A DNA stretch of 64,000 nucleotides from Botryllus schlosseri (lineage: Eukaryota). The notes under the pieces were generated by a model. That model ran no database searches, was not told the origin of the DNA, and was given only the letters and a program-made list of their open reading frames with translations. Location: contig CM119372.1 in assembly GCA_051294905.1 (NCBI GenBank), forward strand, positions 10,294,001 through 10,358,000, given 5' to 3'. The position numbers and the translations under genes were made by a program. Below, piece after piece: positions 39,401 through 50,251 of this stretch (positions are counted from its first letter, which is position 1; each line of letters starts with the position of its first letter).

Positions 39401-40398
39401 TGATGTTAGTAAAATTGTGTCGAAATTAACTCTTCACGGAGATGATATATAAAGGTCTATGACCGGCAGAACTCGAGATATATCCTTGTCTCACAGGTAT
39501 TCATCCATGCGTTTGACGATGGTCTGCATGAATTCTTTTTCCCGGTTTTCAGAAGTGGCCTTGTATGGCTTTAACATAACTAATATCCCTCATTTTAGCA
39601 TTAATATACAGAAATTGACTGTACCTATTCATAGAGACAAACAACAACTGTCGTGTATTATATTTTGTGGCGTATTTAAAGGTCAGAGCCCCAACAAGGC
39701 TACCTTGGAGCCGCGGTTGGGAATCACTGATTTAATGCAAATCAGTTTGACTGCTGCTGTCCCCTTTCATATACCAGTTCAAAAATGAAAGGCTTTGCCT
39801 TGGAAAGTATCGTAATATTCAGCCAAAACTGTAGTCACAACTGCTTACTTGCAAATGACCTTATAGATATTGGAGATATAATAATTTCAGGACTCAAATT
39901 TCTAACCCAAACCTCACTTGTCTACGCCAATGCACACGATGTAGCACCACAACCACAACAGTTACAATTCGGCTACTGGTCAGGCCTAATGGTGGCCATA
40001 ACGGGCGTATCATCAAAAATCATATGAGTTGTATGTGTTCACCGCCAAGGAACCTACGAGATTAGACTGGCTCAGAGAACCCCGTATGTTCCATGAAACA
40101 TAAGTTATCATTAAGACTGCACTAAATATATTCTCCCCGTTTCAACAACAATAGCATAGTAACATGATAGTTGAGCAAGGCAATGTTTGGTAGTATGTGA
40201 TGCCCTGAATTTACCTGCATAACAAGAATATAAGAATATGTATCCTTTTTGGTGCTGTGATAATTGTCTGGTTTTGTGGAAAGTTTTGGACTCATTTATT
40301 TTCCTTTTTAGGCATTGGACAGCGAGGATGTTTCCGTCACTGCTGATCAGCTCGATCAACTGGTACGATTGTTTGAGCGGAAAGGGAGGGAAGACTAA
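30450..40398 (+). CDS. LETM1: Mitochondrial proton/calcium exchanger LETM1
   Basis: Exons 30450-31390 (HYYHGFRLL, DIFRLAPFSIFIIIPFAELALP, LPSTF), 32092-32239, 32300-32553 (ARGMRALG, VPSSLLLLSR), 32949-33126, 34654-34902, 34959-35112, 35495-35655 (EF-hand DSNKDGKINLEE), 40312-40398 (ALDSEDVSVTADQLDQLV, stop). All junctions are GT-AG and phase-consistent. Confidence 0.95.
33795..33951. mobile_element. Small hAT-type MITE
   Basis: TIR CAGGCCATGT / ACACGACCTG, perfect TSD gttatgac. Confidence 0.75.
35940..36604. mobile_element. hAT/Charlie-like MITE (nested)
   Basis: TIR CAGGGTTCACCAAC / GTTGGCGACCCCTG, TSD atttggat/atttagat, GGCCCGCG motifs. Confidence 0.75.
36760..39284 (+). mobile_element. 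hAT-type element with decayed coding remnant (nested)
   Basis: Perfect 21-bp TIR CAGGCCTGTTTATTTTTGGAT, perfect TSD gtcatagc, CCAAAAATAA subterminal repeats. GC-richer interior with broken ORFs (37193-37384, 38665-39027). Confidence 0.88.
37417..38656 (+). mobile_element. hAT (Ac-like) deletion derivative, innermost of the nest
   Basis: TIR TAGAGCCCGACCGAT / ATCGGTCGGGCTCTA, perfect TSD gtcttgac, TATCGG subterminal repeats. 38221-38406 encodes W..KEERYPILA...VPSERL...FS, resembling the hAT C-terminal dimerisation region. Confidence 0.9.
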
Positions 40399-40686
40399 GT
40401 TTGAACTTCAAACTCTCACGGCCACCAAGTATTCATTTGTCCTCTTCAGCATTGTCCTATGGACATATGACTCCACTGGCGGCATTGAACTGTCCATTTC
40501 TCAGCTCTTATACGAATTCTGCACTGAAACACACCCGTTCGTTCCCCTACCGTAATCTATATGTTGATTCTCTATATGCTTTTATAATTATGTCATTAAA
40601 AGGAGATACAAAATCACCATATTCTAAAATTTGAAAGGAACGTGATATAGAACAAGTGTTGCACAAGGTGCATAGGTAGACTGCAA

Positions 40687-41828
40687 TTAGATAGATGATT
40701 GATGCCCGTTGACCACGGACAGCTTCTGACTGCATATGAATTCTTCGCCTGGTTTCAGAACTTTTCTTTCGTGGACGTAACCAGGTTCGATGCAAACCAT
40801 CTTTTTGTAGCCGTCATCATCAAAGTCTGACATCTCTTTCGCTTTTTGAATCCATGGATTCCACAACACTATAATGGTTTGAAATAGGCCACACATAACA
40901 ATCAGGCAGCACGAATTCGTGTGTCCTGTCCCATCCATACCTGTGTCTGGGAGGTTGTACTTTTCTACTTCGATATCAACGCCAGGTCCTTTGAGGGTGT
41001 GTTCTTTCGTGTTGCAGTAAATGGAATCGACGTTGCTAGATATTCTTATTTCTTCTCTGTCTTCGCTTCTGTCAGTTTGTTTGCTGACCTAAAATGGTAT
41101 CAAGCTGTTCATATCTAGTGTCTTATATGCCATGCGAGTACACCACCACCTTATCAGTATATCTAGTGCCGGCAAATCCGGAGATCATGCATTTTTCAAT
41201 GTCTGGAACCCTCAAGTATGTGTGTAAAAGTGTGGTGAAATCAAACTCATCGCCGCCAGTGTTTTTAATTGTTAAGGATGTCCTTAATGTCCCAGGCTTG
41301 ATCTCCACATCGTAGAGAATTTGAAACCTAAATATGGCAAGCATACTGTACACCGGCATTCCACGGCAAAACACGTTTCAGAGTTACTTGTGATTCCACA
41401 TGGACAAGGTGGTTTCATTCTCTTTCAGTGTGAATTGCGCCTTGGCAATGCCGTCCGCCTGCAAACAGGTTTGCGCGTAACATCATTGTAAAATTGTTTG
41501 ACAAGTTTGTCTAACTTTCTCATTATTGATCATCTTCCACCATGAGATTCTGGCAAAACCGTGCTGAGGTCCGTTGTCCCAGGGTCCAAAGTTAGCTGAA
41601 ATCATATATAGTTACAATCCACTAGTTTTCAATCGATCGCCCTGCCTACTCACGGAACACAAGAGGGATTCCTCCCCTCACCGCCTTCGAACCGTCCATT
41701 TTTGAACAGGAACTTAAAAATAACTGTTCTCTGCCATCATTCATCCACGATGTAACTGTCGCTCCGAACAAACAAACTTTTGCACTATGTCCTTCCGCGA
41801 GATCGAGTTCAACAAAATTGTTATCCAT
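40687..41828 (-). CDS. Glucose-6-phosphate 1-epimerase (D-hexose-6-phosphate mutarotase, aldose 1-epimerase family)
   Basis: Exons 41828-41654 (GATVTSW, AVRGGIPLVFP), 41595-41516 (QHGFAR), 41458-41388, 41327-41150 (FTTLLHTYL), 41088-40941, 40868-40687 (VLWNPW, MVCIEPG). These are family signature motifs. Confidence 0.93.
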
Positions 41829-42037
41829 GGCTTGCAACGTGTTTTAGTTAAATTATCTGTTATGAAAGAAACAAGCGATCAAGATATCACAGTCCGTGGA
41901 AAATGATATAAATGAATCCCTGTACCAAGTACAGCAGGAATAAACATCCTGCGGACAGTGGATTTGCAATCAAAAGCAGGTCTCGTGTGACCCTACCGCA
42001 AGTACGACACGTAGGATCTAAGTCAAAGACGATATAG

Positions 42038-42948
42038 TAGTGGTTCTCAACCAGGGTCCACGAAGCATTTTTAGGGGGTCCGCGGGACCTCTAAATTTGC
42101 AAAATAACCGGTTATCAATTTGTAACTTTTTTGTTATATTAGGGAAATCACGAGGCAGTTTCGCTTCAAAACTGCTAAAGCTTCAGGGCTCACATCAATA
42201 GAATGGCCGTATGAGATGAAATATCCTACCATGCAAACTAACTTTATTTGCCAATAGCATACTAATACAAACATATTGCTGTTTAGAGATGTTTTGGTGA
42301 GGTTTTTTGAATATTGTTTTTTCCAAAAAAGAGATTAAACCAACGTCACGGAATCCATTTTCTCCTGTGATATACATGTGGCAGCCTTGCTCTATAATAC
42401 TCCCCCTTACATCAATTGTATTATAGTTGCGTCGTGCTTTCACTTGCTTTTTTGTATCCAGCCGCTTTGGCGCTCGGATTCTTGATAAAGTCTCTGCAGC
42501 AGTTGCTGAATCATGAGTGATTATAACAACTACATTCCATTATATCTTGAAAATGAGTTGCTAGACAGAAGTGACTAGTCTGGACGTAATAACTTCATTG
42601 AAATCTGTTTCTCAATTTTGGTGGCAAGTATGTCTCCATCACACACAAAGGTGTTGTCGGAAACGCCAGGCGGTAATGTTACGTTCGCTGCCACCTATAC
42701 CATGCTGGAAATGGATTTTCGACCATCGCTAATATAAAATCCTAATGCGTGAATTTTCAAGACACGACCACACAATTACGGAAATGCAACTGCAGAATTC
42801 GCATCAAACATATCACATGCCAACAGTTGATATTTTCACCGGACAGATGCCGCTTGCACGATAATTGAGCTAAATTTGAACTAAAACTTGAGGGGGTCCG
42901 CAACAGTTCAAAAGGGGTCCGCGAAGACAAAATGGCTGAGAACCACTG
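42038..42948. mobile_element. hAT/Charlie(Buster)-like MITE
   Basis: TIR TAGTGGTTCTCAACC / GGCTGAGAACCACTG, perfect TSD cgatatag, GGGGTCCGCG motifs. Confidence 0.88.
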
Positions 42949-43200
42949 CGATATAGCATTGTAAAAGATGAACACCAAAGCACTGATTCTGACAAACATG
43001 TATGGAGCTAAGTAATCTTTCTTGCTGCGTGTTTTGAACCCTGACGGAAAGAAAACATTGAAGATTAATATTCCTTCTACAGTTGCCAAATAGAATCGGT
43101 GCTGTGTCAGATGCTTCCACCCCATGCTAAAGAGAGTGGTGAATTGTTGTCATTTGCTCCAATTGCTTCTCGTGAGTAGTTTAAACAGCTGGACGAAATC

Positions 43201-45114
43201 TTAATCGGCGGAGTTGTGCTCATCAATATGCGGGCGTTGAACACTGTTTTTAGTCCTCTTCAATAAAAACACTCCGGCTGTCAGTCCGCCAATATTGACA
43301 GAAAGGGTCTTTCGTACTGTCCAAAATTGATTTAGAGCACTCAGTGCCCGTATGATTGTTCTCTTGTCCTGTCGACGGTAAAGCTTATCAAGTCACGTAC
43401 CAGTTGAATAACACAAATTTGTCATACTTGAGTCAGAAGACATGCCCGTCCAGTCTCTGGTCTTGTCACCCTCGCCATTTCCTGCAATATAGCCGGGTAG
43501 AGTTTCCTATTGTCAACTTTCGAACCGACGCGCTTTCCAAACGGCAAATCGGAAACTATGACATCGGCACTGCTGGATTTCAGAGGTAAATTTGTTGTGT
43601 CCCATCGGATCGTGTCCAAGAGCAAATTTTTCCTAAAAATGTTGTTTGTAAAACAGCAAATCGCAAGCTCGAGCTTGAAAAGTATGATCAGAAGATCGAT
43701 TGGAGCCCGTATTTCCTCTTCCACACACTTCTCGCAACCAGTTTAAATAACTGCCTATTGCTAAGGATCAATCGGTCAATGATTCACAACTACCGCAACA
43801 ATACGACCGGGTAGGCTTACATAACAATTGCTCAGAAAAAAACAACAAACCTGTTCGTCTTATCAATAAACTTCCTCCCGAACATCACATTTTCGTCAAG
43901 AAATTCCACATTACACCTGCACCTTTTTGCAGCAGCCTTCACAATATCTCCTGCAATACAAAATAATCTTTAGTAGTGCTAGTATAAAAATTGTTCCAAT
44001 TAAAGAAGTGAAATTAGCATCTCACCTGCAATATAAAAGTTGTTAGGCCATTCCAAAGCCCCTTCAATCGGTATTGCTCCTGTACCGCACATGGGATCGA
44101 TAACAACATCCCCCGGTTGGATATCGCAAAGTTGAAGCATGTTATAAGCGGTCGTAGGTCGAAGTGTGGTGATACCGAAGTGTGTGATATTCCTGAGCAT
44201 ATCATACTAAAGCTGAAGAATTTGACTTGGTATTGGTTGCCTTACCTTCGATGCAAGCTTTGCAGTGTTAGAGCAAGCGTGACCTCCAGGGAGTTCAAGC
44301 CAAGACAAAGTAATACTTCCAAGTTATAACCAGTGAGATCCACCTGCATAGAATTTGATCAAGAGTTTAATCGAAGGTGTTGAACAAAAAATCTTTTAGA
44401 AACACAAACCATAATATTATAATATTAGTCGATGTCAACGGTTCACACTTTACATACCTTCCAGTTGGTGATATCCTGTATTTTCCCTCCGAATTTGTAG
44501 GAAGCTTCAGGCGATGTAATCGGCTGATTTTTTCCAACTCTATTTGTACTAACCCGGAAAGATATTGGAGCCTTGCTCTCAACGATTGGCAAGGCAGTCA
44601 TTTCAATTGGAATATCATCATGTTTGTGAGATCCATTCATGGGATTACCGGACTCATCATCATCAGTAGAATTATCTCCAGCTAAAACGTCATGTGCGCT
44701 TTCTTTAACTTTACGCTTCTTTGATGGCTTCTTCCCAAGATCCTCCTGCCTAGATCTGGCTTTCAGGTATGGCAAATTATATCGCCAAAACTGAGTAACA
44801 CTGTCCCAATCGATTGAACTTGCCAGCTTTGAGAGATCTTCCTCTGCAGCTACTTTGGATTCTGGATAAACGTAGTTTTCCACTGTATGAATCACTAAAT
44901 ACAATCTATCAACAGATCGTAAACTGTGTAGATCCGAAAGAGATTTCTTTGTGGCTTTGAAATACACCCGGCCTTGTTTTGCTGTGACAGCGTGTTTATC
45001 ACTAGTGTTCAGTATCTTCGATTTTACTTCAGTGGCGGCAACATCTTCCATGCCTGTCGTAACCGATGCAGATATCGACACTATGCCGTCTGGATTAAGT
45101 CGCTCAACATTCAT
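43201..45114 (-). CDS. THUMPD3: THUMP-domain tRNA guanine-N2 methyltransferase
   Basis: Exons 45114-44458 (SVTTGME, LRSVD, SFRVSTNRVG), 44343-44246, 44192-44026 (RNITHFGITTLRPT, DPMCGTGAIPIEG), 43950-43851, 43632-43428 (DVIVSDLPFGKR), 43368-43201 (VNIGGL, stop). Confidence 0.92.
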
Positions 45115-46631
45115 GACTGGATACACTGACCGATTGGTGTATCAATGTAGTGTAATTACTGAAATTAAAATATGAATTGAGAACCAAGATAAAACCAAAA
45201 TGAGAGTGATAAAGGAACAGACAGCATTTGTAATTGATTTCAACATGGTTTGGATTTCTAACTGTATAGCACATATATTACTGCAGCATAATTTAGTTTT
45301 ACACCATCTTTCTAGCTTTTGTTTGCAAGCTGGAGAAACAAATATATTTCTGGACTTTAACCGATTCTATGAAACCCTTCGTTATCGTAATAGTTATATT
45401 CATTTTCGTCTATCGTTGAATTCGTACAACTTGATGATAGTCCGATTCCCTCGCTAAAGTTTTTATTGCATATTTTTGTTCGAAAAATACACATGCCTTC
45501 TCTTTCAGACGAACCATATACCATGAATCAGACAACTAGATAATTAGAGTAAGTAGAGCAAAATGCCGATGATAATCTAATTCTAATCAAATTTCTTGAA
45601 TGTTTCTTTGATCTAATTCTAACCTAATTTGTTAAATGTTTCAACACTCTAATTTCTAATGTAATTTCTGGTTTTCGTGTATGTAAATGCATACGGAGAA
45701 CTGTATCGTGCAAACGAGCGTAGCTTGCTGTACAGAGTTCTGCTATCCTCATGATACTCACGAGATTGAAGTGTGATTTTTTATCAACTCAACTTGATTT
45801 TTTACATCGCCGAGGCCAGGTCAGGACGTCAGGTGAATGTCTGATTACGAAGAATACTCCAAGTCGTTTCAACACCTTCCTATCTTTCATTGCATCGCAG
45901 TCTTGTAGTGTACTGATATGATGAAAACTGTAGCAATAAATTGAATGTTCAAGTTTTCACGTATTCAGAAATTGCAATTCCAGTCTAATACGAAAAAAAC
46001 GTAGCTATATTGCTAATACTAATCTAATTCGGAAAAGATGCAAATTCTCTAGTTGACCAAGCATAGCTACGCTGTAAATTGCTACGGGTTCACGGACCAA
46101 GTCAGCCACGAATGCACTTATTCTGTCCCCAACTCCCCATTCACGAAACGCTAAACGTGAGCAACATACGCCTTTGACACACCCACAATAATTTGCCAAA
46201 GAGGCATAGAGGATCCTCTATAATTGCAGTCATTCAATCATGACAATGCTGTAAACAAACACCACGTGTCCGCGACCCGACTCCCATGTCGGAGCCTGGG
46301 CACAGTTTTTAATATTGCTTGTCGGATAATATTTTCCACCGAAACGTATGAAAATAGCAGCAATTTAGGTAACAGCTTTACTGTTCGGATATGGAATTTC
46401 AAATTCCCAGTCGCCATCATTTCAAAACGCCACAAGACTGCGATACAATGAAATTCGGTTTCCTAAATTTGAGGATCCGATGAACAAGTGGCTGGTGAGT
46501 AAGCCGGTACACAGAAGTGTCAGAACTCTAGAATTGATGCACACAATAACTTAATATTGTTCATATATTCAGTTTTAAAGTTTCGAAAGCCCATGCATGC
46601 GATCAAATACACGACGTTCATAGGCGTTATT

Positions 46632-47100
46632 TCATCATCATTCATCATTGGTTTATTAGCAATTTTATCAGTTCAATACACCACAAAAATGCGATACAAT
46701 GAAAAGACAGGAAGATGTCGAAGCGACAAGGAGTAGTCTATGGAATCTGACACCCGCCTTGGCCTAGGCGATGTAAAGAGGAGGCATGCACACTGAATGA
46801 AAGTAAAGAAGATAGTATAGAAAAAGAATGCGACAAGAAATAGGGCGGCATGTCATGGGAAGCGAGATCGATAGGTTAGTCGTGGTCCGGTAATCTTGAG
46901 GATGGACTGTATTTATTTAGTAGTAATTGCTTGTATTTCGACTTGAATGTGGACATGCTCGTCGACTGTCGGATGGCCGGCGGGATACTGTTCCACACAT
47001 CAGGTCCGGCATATTTGATGGAGCGATGATCTTTTCGGTCGATCATATGATATTTGGACGACGTGGACGCGCGTGTGTTGTACTTGTGCGCTTTTGATTC
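46632..47100 (-). mobile_element. 5'-truncated non-LTR retrotransposon (CR1/L2-group-like) 3' end
   Basis: ORF2 C-terminal-like HKYNTR...SIKYAGPDVWNSIPPAIRQSTSMSTFKSKYK, stop at 46876, followed by a 3' UTR, AATAAA and a (TGA)n tail. Confidence 0.8.
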
Positions 47101-47178
47101 AGAGGTAAAGAAGTCGAATGCGGTCACACTCAATTCTGTAAATATCACGGAATTCCAGTTCCTTGATGTGAACACTGA

Positions 47179-47410
47179 ACATGTGAACTCAAATATCAAA
47201 GGTAAATAGTGTTAACATCGCAAGTGTTAACTGAACTGTGCTGAACTCTTGCGATGTTAACACAATTTACCCTTGATACTTGAGTTCACATGTATAGAGA
47301 CTGCTCATTAGAACGTATGTTCGCATAATTCGGACCAACTCAGTGACATGACTTTGACATTGAGTCGGTCCGAATTATGCGACCATACGTTCTAATGAGC
47401 AGTCTCTATA
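47179..47410. repeat. Two abutting fold-back palindromes (47179-47293 and 47293-47410)
   Basis: ACATGTGAACTCAA...TTGAGTTCACATGT and TATAGAGACTGCTCATTAGAACG...CGTTCTAATGAGCAGTCTCTATA, each with ~50-bp arms. Confidence 0.88.
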
Positions 47411-48050
47411 CAACATGACATGTACTTTGACATCGTCCACTCGCAAGTACAACACTCATGAACCTCATTCCTATAAAAAGTCGCCGTAGGACGGTGTTAC
47501 CAGGTTACATTCCTAGCGAATTTCCGTAGTTTATTCCAGTCAATCTTACGAACCCAATCCCTCCATTTTATCAACATGTTATTATGTGTTCCTATCTGTT
47601 CACTGTTCATTGCATCGGATTGTACATTGTGTGTGTCTTGATCGGATGAAAATAAGTGTGAGGATTATTGAATATTGACATTATGCACTTTGCGGAAACC
47701 TCCGCTAACGAATCTCTTCGGTGTAGTCAATGATATATATGTGTCATTGTGTATGTGTGCGTGTAGCCTTATAAAATGCTACGCATAAATTATTACTCAC
47801 TATGTCATATTCCGCATCTTGGATTTAAGGAGATAATAAGACTTTCTTTTCTGAGCGACTGATTGAGTCGATTGAGTTTCAATATTCGTATTCGGCGGTG
47901 CTATCGTCGGCGGCATGTGTTGTGTTGACTATCGAGGCGCCGCGTTCGAGTGAAGTTGTTCATCTGTGCCATTCATGTCAGGCGGTCGGCACTCAGCAGC
48001 GTTTTGTCTTGAGGTTGTGCACTGTGCAGCTCACGTAATAGTCGCTTACA

Positions 48051-49730
48051 ATGCCCTTTCAGCAGAGGCATTCAGAACCGATCGCCTTGCGAAGAATATG
48101 GAAGGCCATCGATATGATCCGTGGTCAAAGGCAGATCGCAAATATTGCTCGTCTAACGAAAGTGCTTCAGAGGGATTACCCGTACCGATCCAAAGATATT
48201 ATGGCACATATTCTGCGGGCAATACGGGACAAAATGGTTATCGAAACTCTCTCCCTTGGATGCAAAGGATCTAAGGCAGGCTTAGAACAAGAGGGATACT
48301 GGATTCCCGAAGACTCGGACATTCGTGAAATGGCTGGATTGCGTGATTGTTACTGCTTCACGTGTCACAAACCTGGTAAACTGATAACTTGCGTGGATTG
48401 CCACAAAGCATACCATAAACAGTGTGTTGACACATGCTTGGAAAACGTCCATGATAACTCTTTTCGTTGTCGCTTTTGTTCGCGAAAAGATGAAAAGTCT
48501 TTCAGTAGAAAGGAACTCAACGTATGCCTTCATTTTATTGTCCGTCGTGCAATCGAAGCAGCCACCGATCTAAATTTCCGGCCGTCTCCCACTGACTATA
48601 TGCATTTTCAATATTTCATCAGCGATCACCAAACCCTGAAAAGCCTCGTCGATGATTGTAACTCTCAGAAATTCGAGACGACGAGTGATTTTGAACAACA
48701 GCTTTACGTGATTTTACACAACTGCATCGTACTCGAAGGACACGACAGTAGCTTATCAAAAGAAGCAAAGAAGATTGTGGACATATGCCAGAGAGAAATA
48801 CGTGAACTAGAGCTGTGTCCCAATTGCTACCTCCTCTCTAACACAAAACCGACGAAAAACTGGTTCTGTCTCCCATGCACGCCGGCACATAAGGTTTTGT
48901 GGGCAAAGCAAAAAGGATTCGAATATTGGCCTGCAAAAGTTATTCAGATCGTCAACGGCAAGATTGATGTCAGATTTTTCGGTGGACATCATGAACGTGC
49001 CTGGGTGACGACACAATCAGTTAGAAAAATCACTGTAAGCCCGGCCGAGTTGAACATAAAAAAGACAAAAGGTTGGACAAAAGCCAGTGAAGAAATGAAG
49101 CAATATATTGCACAAACAGAGATTAAACTCGATCCAAGATGTAGCAAGAGCATAATCGACTTTGAATTGCCCTCTGACTCGCTGTCAATTGGTGCTGTTG
49201 ACCAAAAAAACAGAAATGAAATCTCTCCCACATCCTGTAAGAGACTTGATGAAAATCAAGTGTCCGATAATGAGATGGATATAGACCCGTGCCCCAATGG
49301 CACCAGTCTTAGTGTGACAGATGCCTCTGATGAATCAAAGCAAAATCATCGCAAATCGACCAATGATCATTCTGACGAGCCTAAATGCAACGGGTATCAA
49401 AGCAATGGTGTCAAGAAACGCGAGCGACGTCCACTCTGGAAAATGAAAGGCGAAAAGTGCAATTGTAGAAAGATATATGCGAAAAAGTTGTTTCTGTATC
49501 AGTCGTCTGTCAGAAGAATGCGTTTGAACGAGCGAAGGAACAATCTCATGATCAGCGCACGGTTCATTCATCAATACCTGAAAAAACATTCCGACAAGAT
49601 GCGCGCTCTCGTAGACGAGAACGCAAAATTGAAAGTTGAAAATACGGACTTGAAATCCAGACTAGAAACATCACAAAATGGCCATTTGGAAGCCAAAGCG
49701 TCCGAAAATGACGATTCAAAACAAAACTGA
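48051..49730 (+). CDS. ZMYND11: ZMYND11/BS69-like chromatin reader (winged helix, PHD, bromodomain, zinc knuckle, PWWP), intronless, no MYND finger
   Basis: 559-aa ORF with IWKAIDMIRGQRQIAN...GCKGSKAGLEQEGYWIP, PHD CFTC...CVDC..YHKQC...CRFC, CPNCY...WFCLPC...H and PWWP VLWAKQKGFEYWPAKV...VRFFGGHHERAWV. Confidence 0.9.
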   Translation: MPFQQRHSEPIALRRIWKAIDMIRGQRQIANIARLTKVLQRDYPYRSKDIMAHILRAIRDKMVIETLSLGCKGSKAGLEQEGYWIPEDSDIREMAGLRDCYCFTCHKPGKLITCVDCHKAYHKQCVDTCLENVHDNSFRCRFCSRKDEKSFSRKELNVCLHFIVRRAIEAATDLNFRPSPTDYMHFQYFISDHQTLKSLVDDCNSQKFETTSDFEQQLYVILHNCIVLEGHDSSLSKEAKKIVDICQREIRELELCPNCYLLSNTKPTKNWFCLPCTPAHKVLWAKQKGFEYWPAKVIQIVNGKIDVRFFGGHHERAWVTTQSVRKITVSPAELNIKKTKGWTKASEEMKQYIAQTEIKLDPRCSKSIIDFELPSDSLSIGAVDQKNRNEISPTSCKRLDENQVSDNEMDIDPCPNGTSLSVTDASDESKQNHRKSTNDHSDEPKCNGYQSNGVKKRERRPLWKMKGEKCNCRKIYAKKLFLYQSSVRRMRLNERRNNLMISARFIHQYLKKHSDKMRALVDENAKLKVENTDLKSRLETSQNGHLEAKASENDDSKQN

Positions 49731-50251
49731 ATACAATGCGGTCCATAGATGTCAGTGTCTGACTAACAGGTGTCTCGTGACCTGTATTTTACCAAGATTT
49801 CTTGTAGACATTACGATACTATTTCTTTGTATTGTGCAGTGAATATCAATCATGGATTTGGTGCGGTTTTGTGGAAATCATTCATGTTGCCTATCTTCCA
49901 AATCGTGCATTTTTCTTCTGTTTTTCTAACAGCTGCGTTTCTTTACAGACTGTCTCAAGTTGTTGCAGGGATATGAGTTGTTGTACCGTACTTCTTAATA
50001 TAGTAAAGCGTTTGAAGTCTTGTGCTATTCATACCATCTCGTATGCATTTGTGATTCCTTTCACTTACGGCATGGGATGATAGTGTGGACAAAGCAAGCA
50101 GTCGTGCCTTATTAATTGTAATTTATTGGGATATACTCGCAGGTACTATTCTGTTGTCCAGTCCTAGATTATTTGCGTACAGGATCCCAAATATTGCATA
50201 CAATGAGCCAAATATCTTTTCGGTTTTGTTTCTGTTACCTATTCAGAAATC

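Larger units (their letters stand above)
35795..39729. mobile_element. Outer hAT/Charlie-like element of a nested cluster in the last LETM1 intron
   Basis: TIR CAGTGGTTCCCAA / TTGGGAATCACTG, perfect TSD atttaatg, GGAGCCGC near both ends. Confidence 0.8.

Noticed and set aside
49949..49990. Cys-rich stretch as a hidden MYND exon
   Set aside because: The Cys spacing does not fit MYND and no suitable donor was found before the ZMYND11-like stop.
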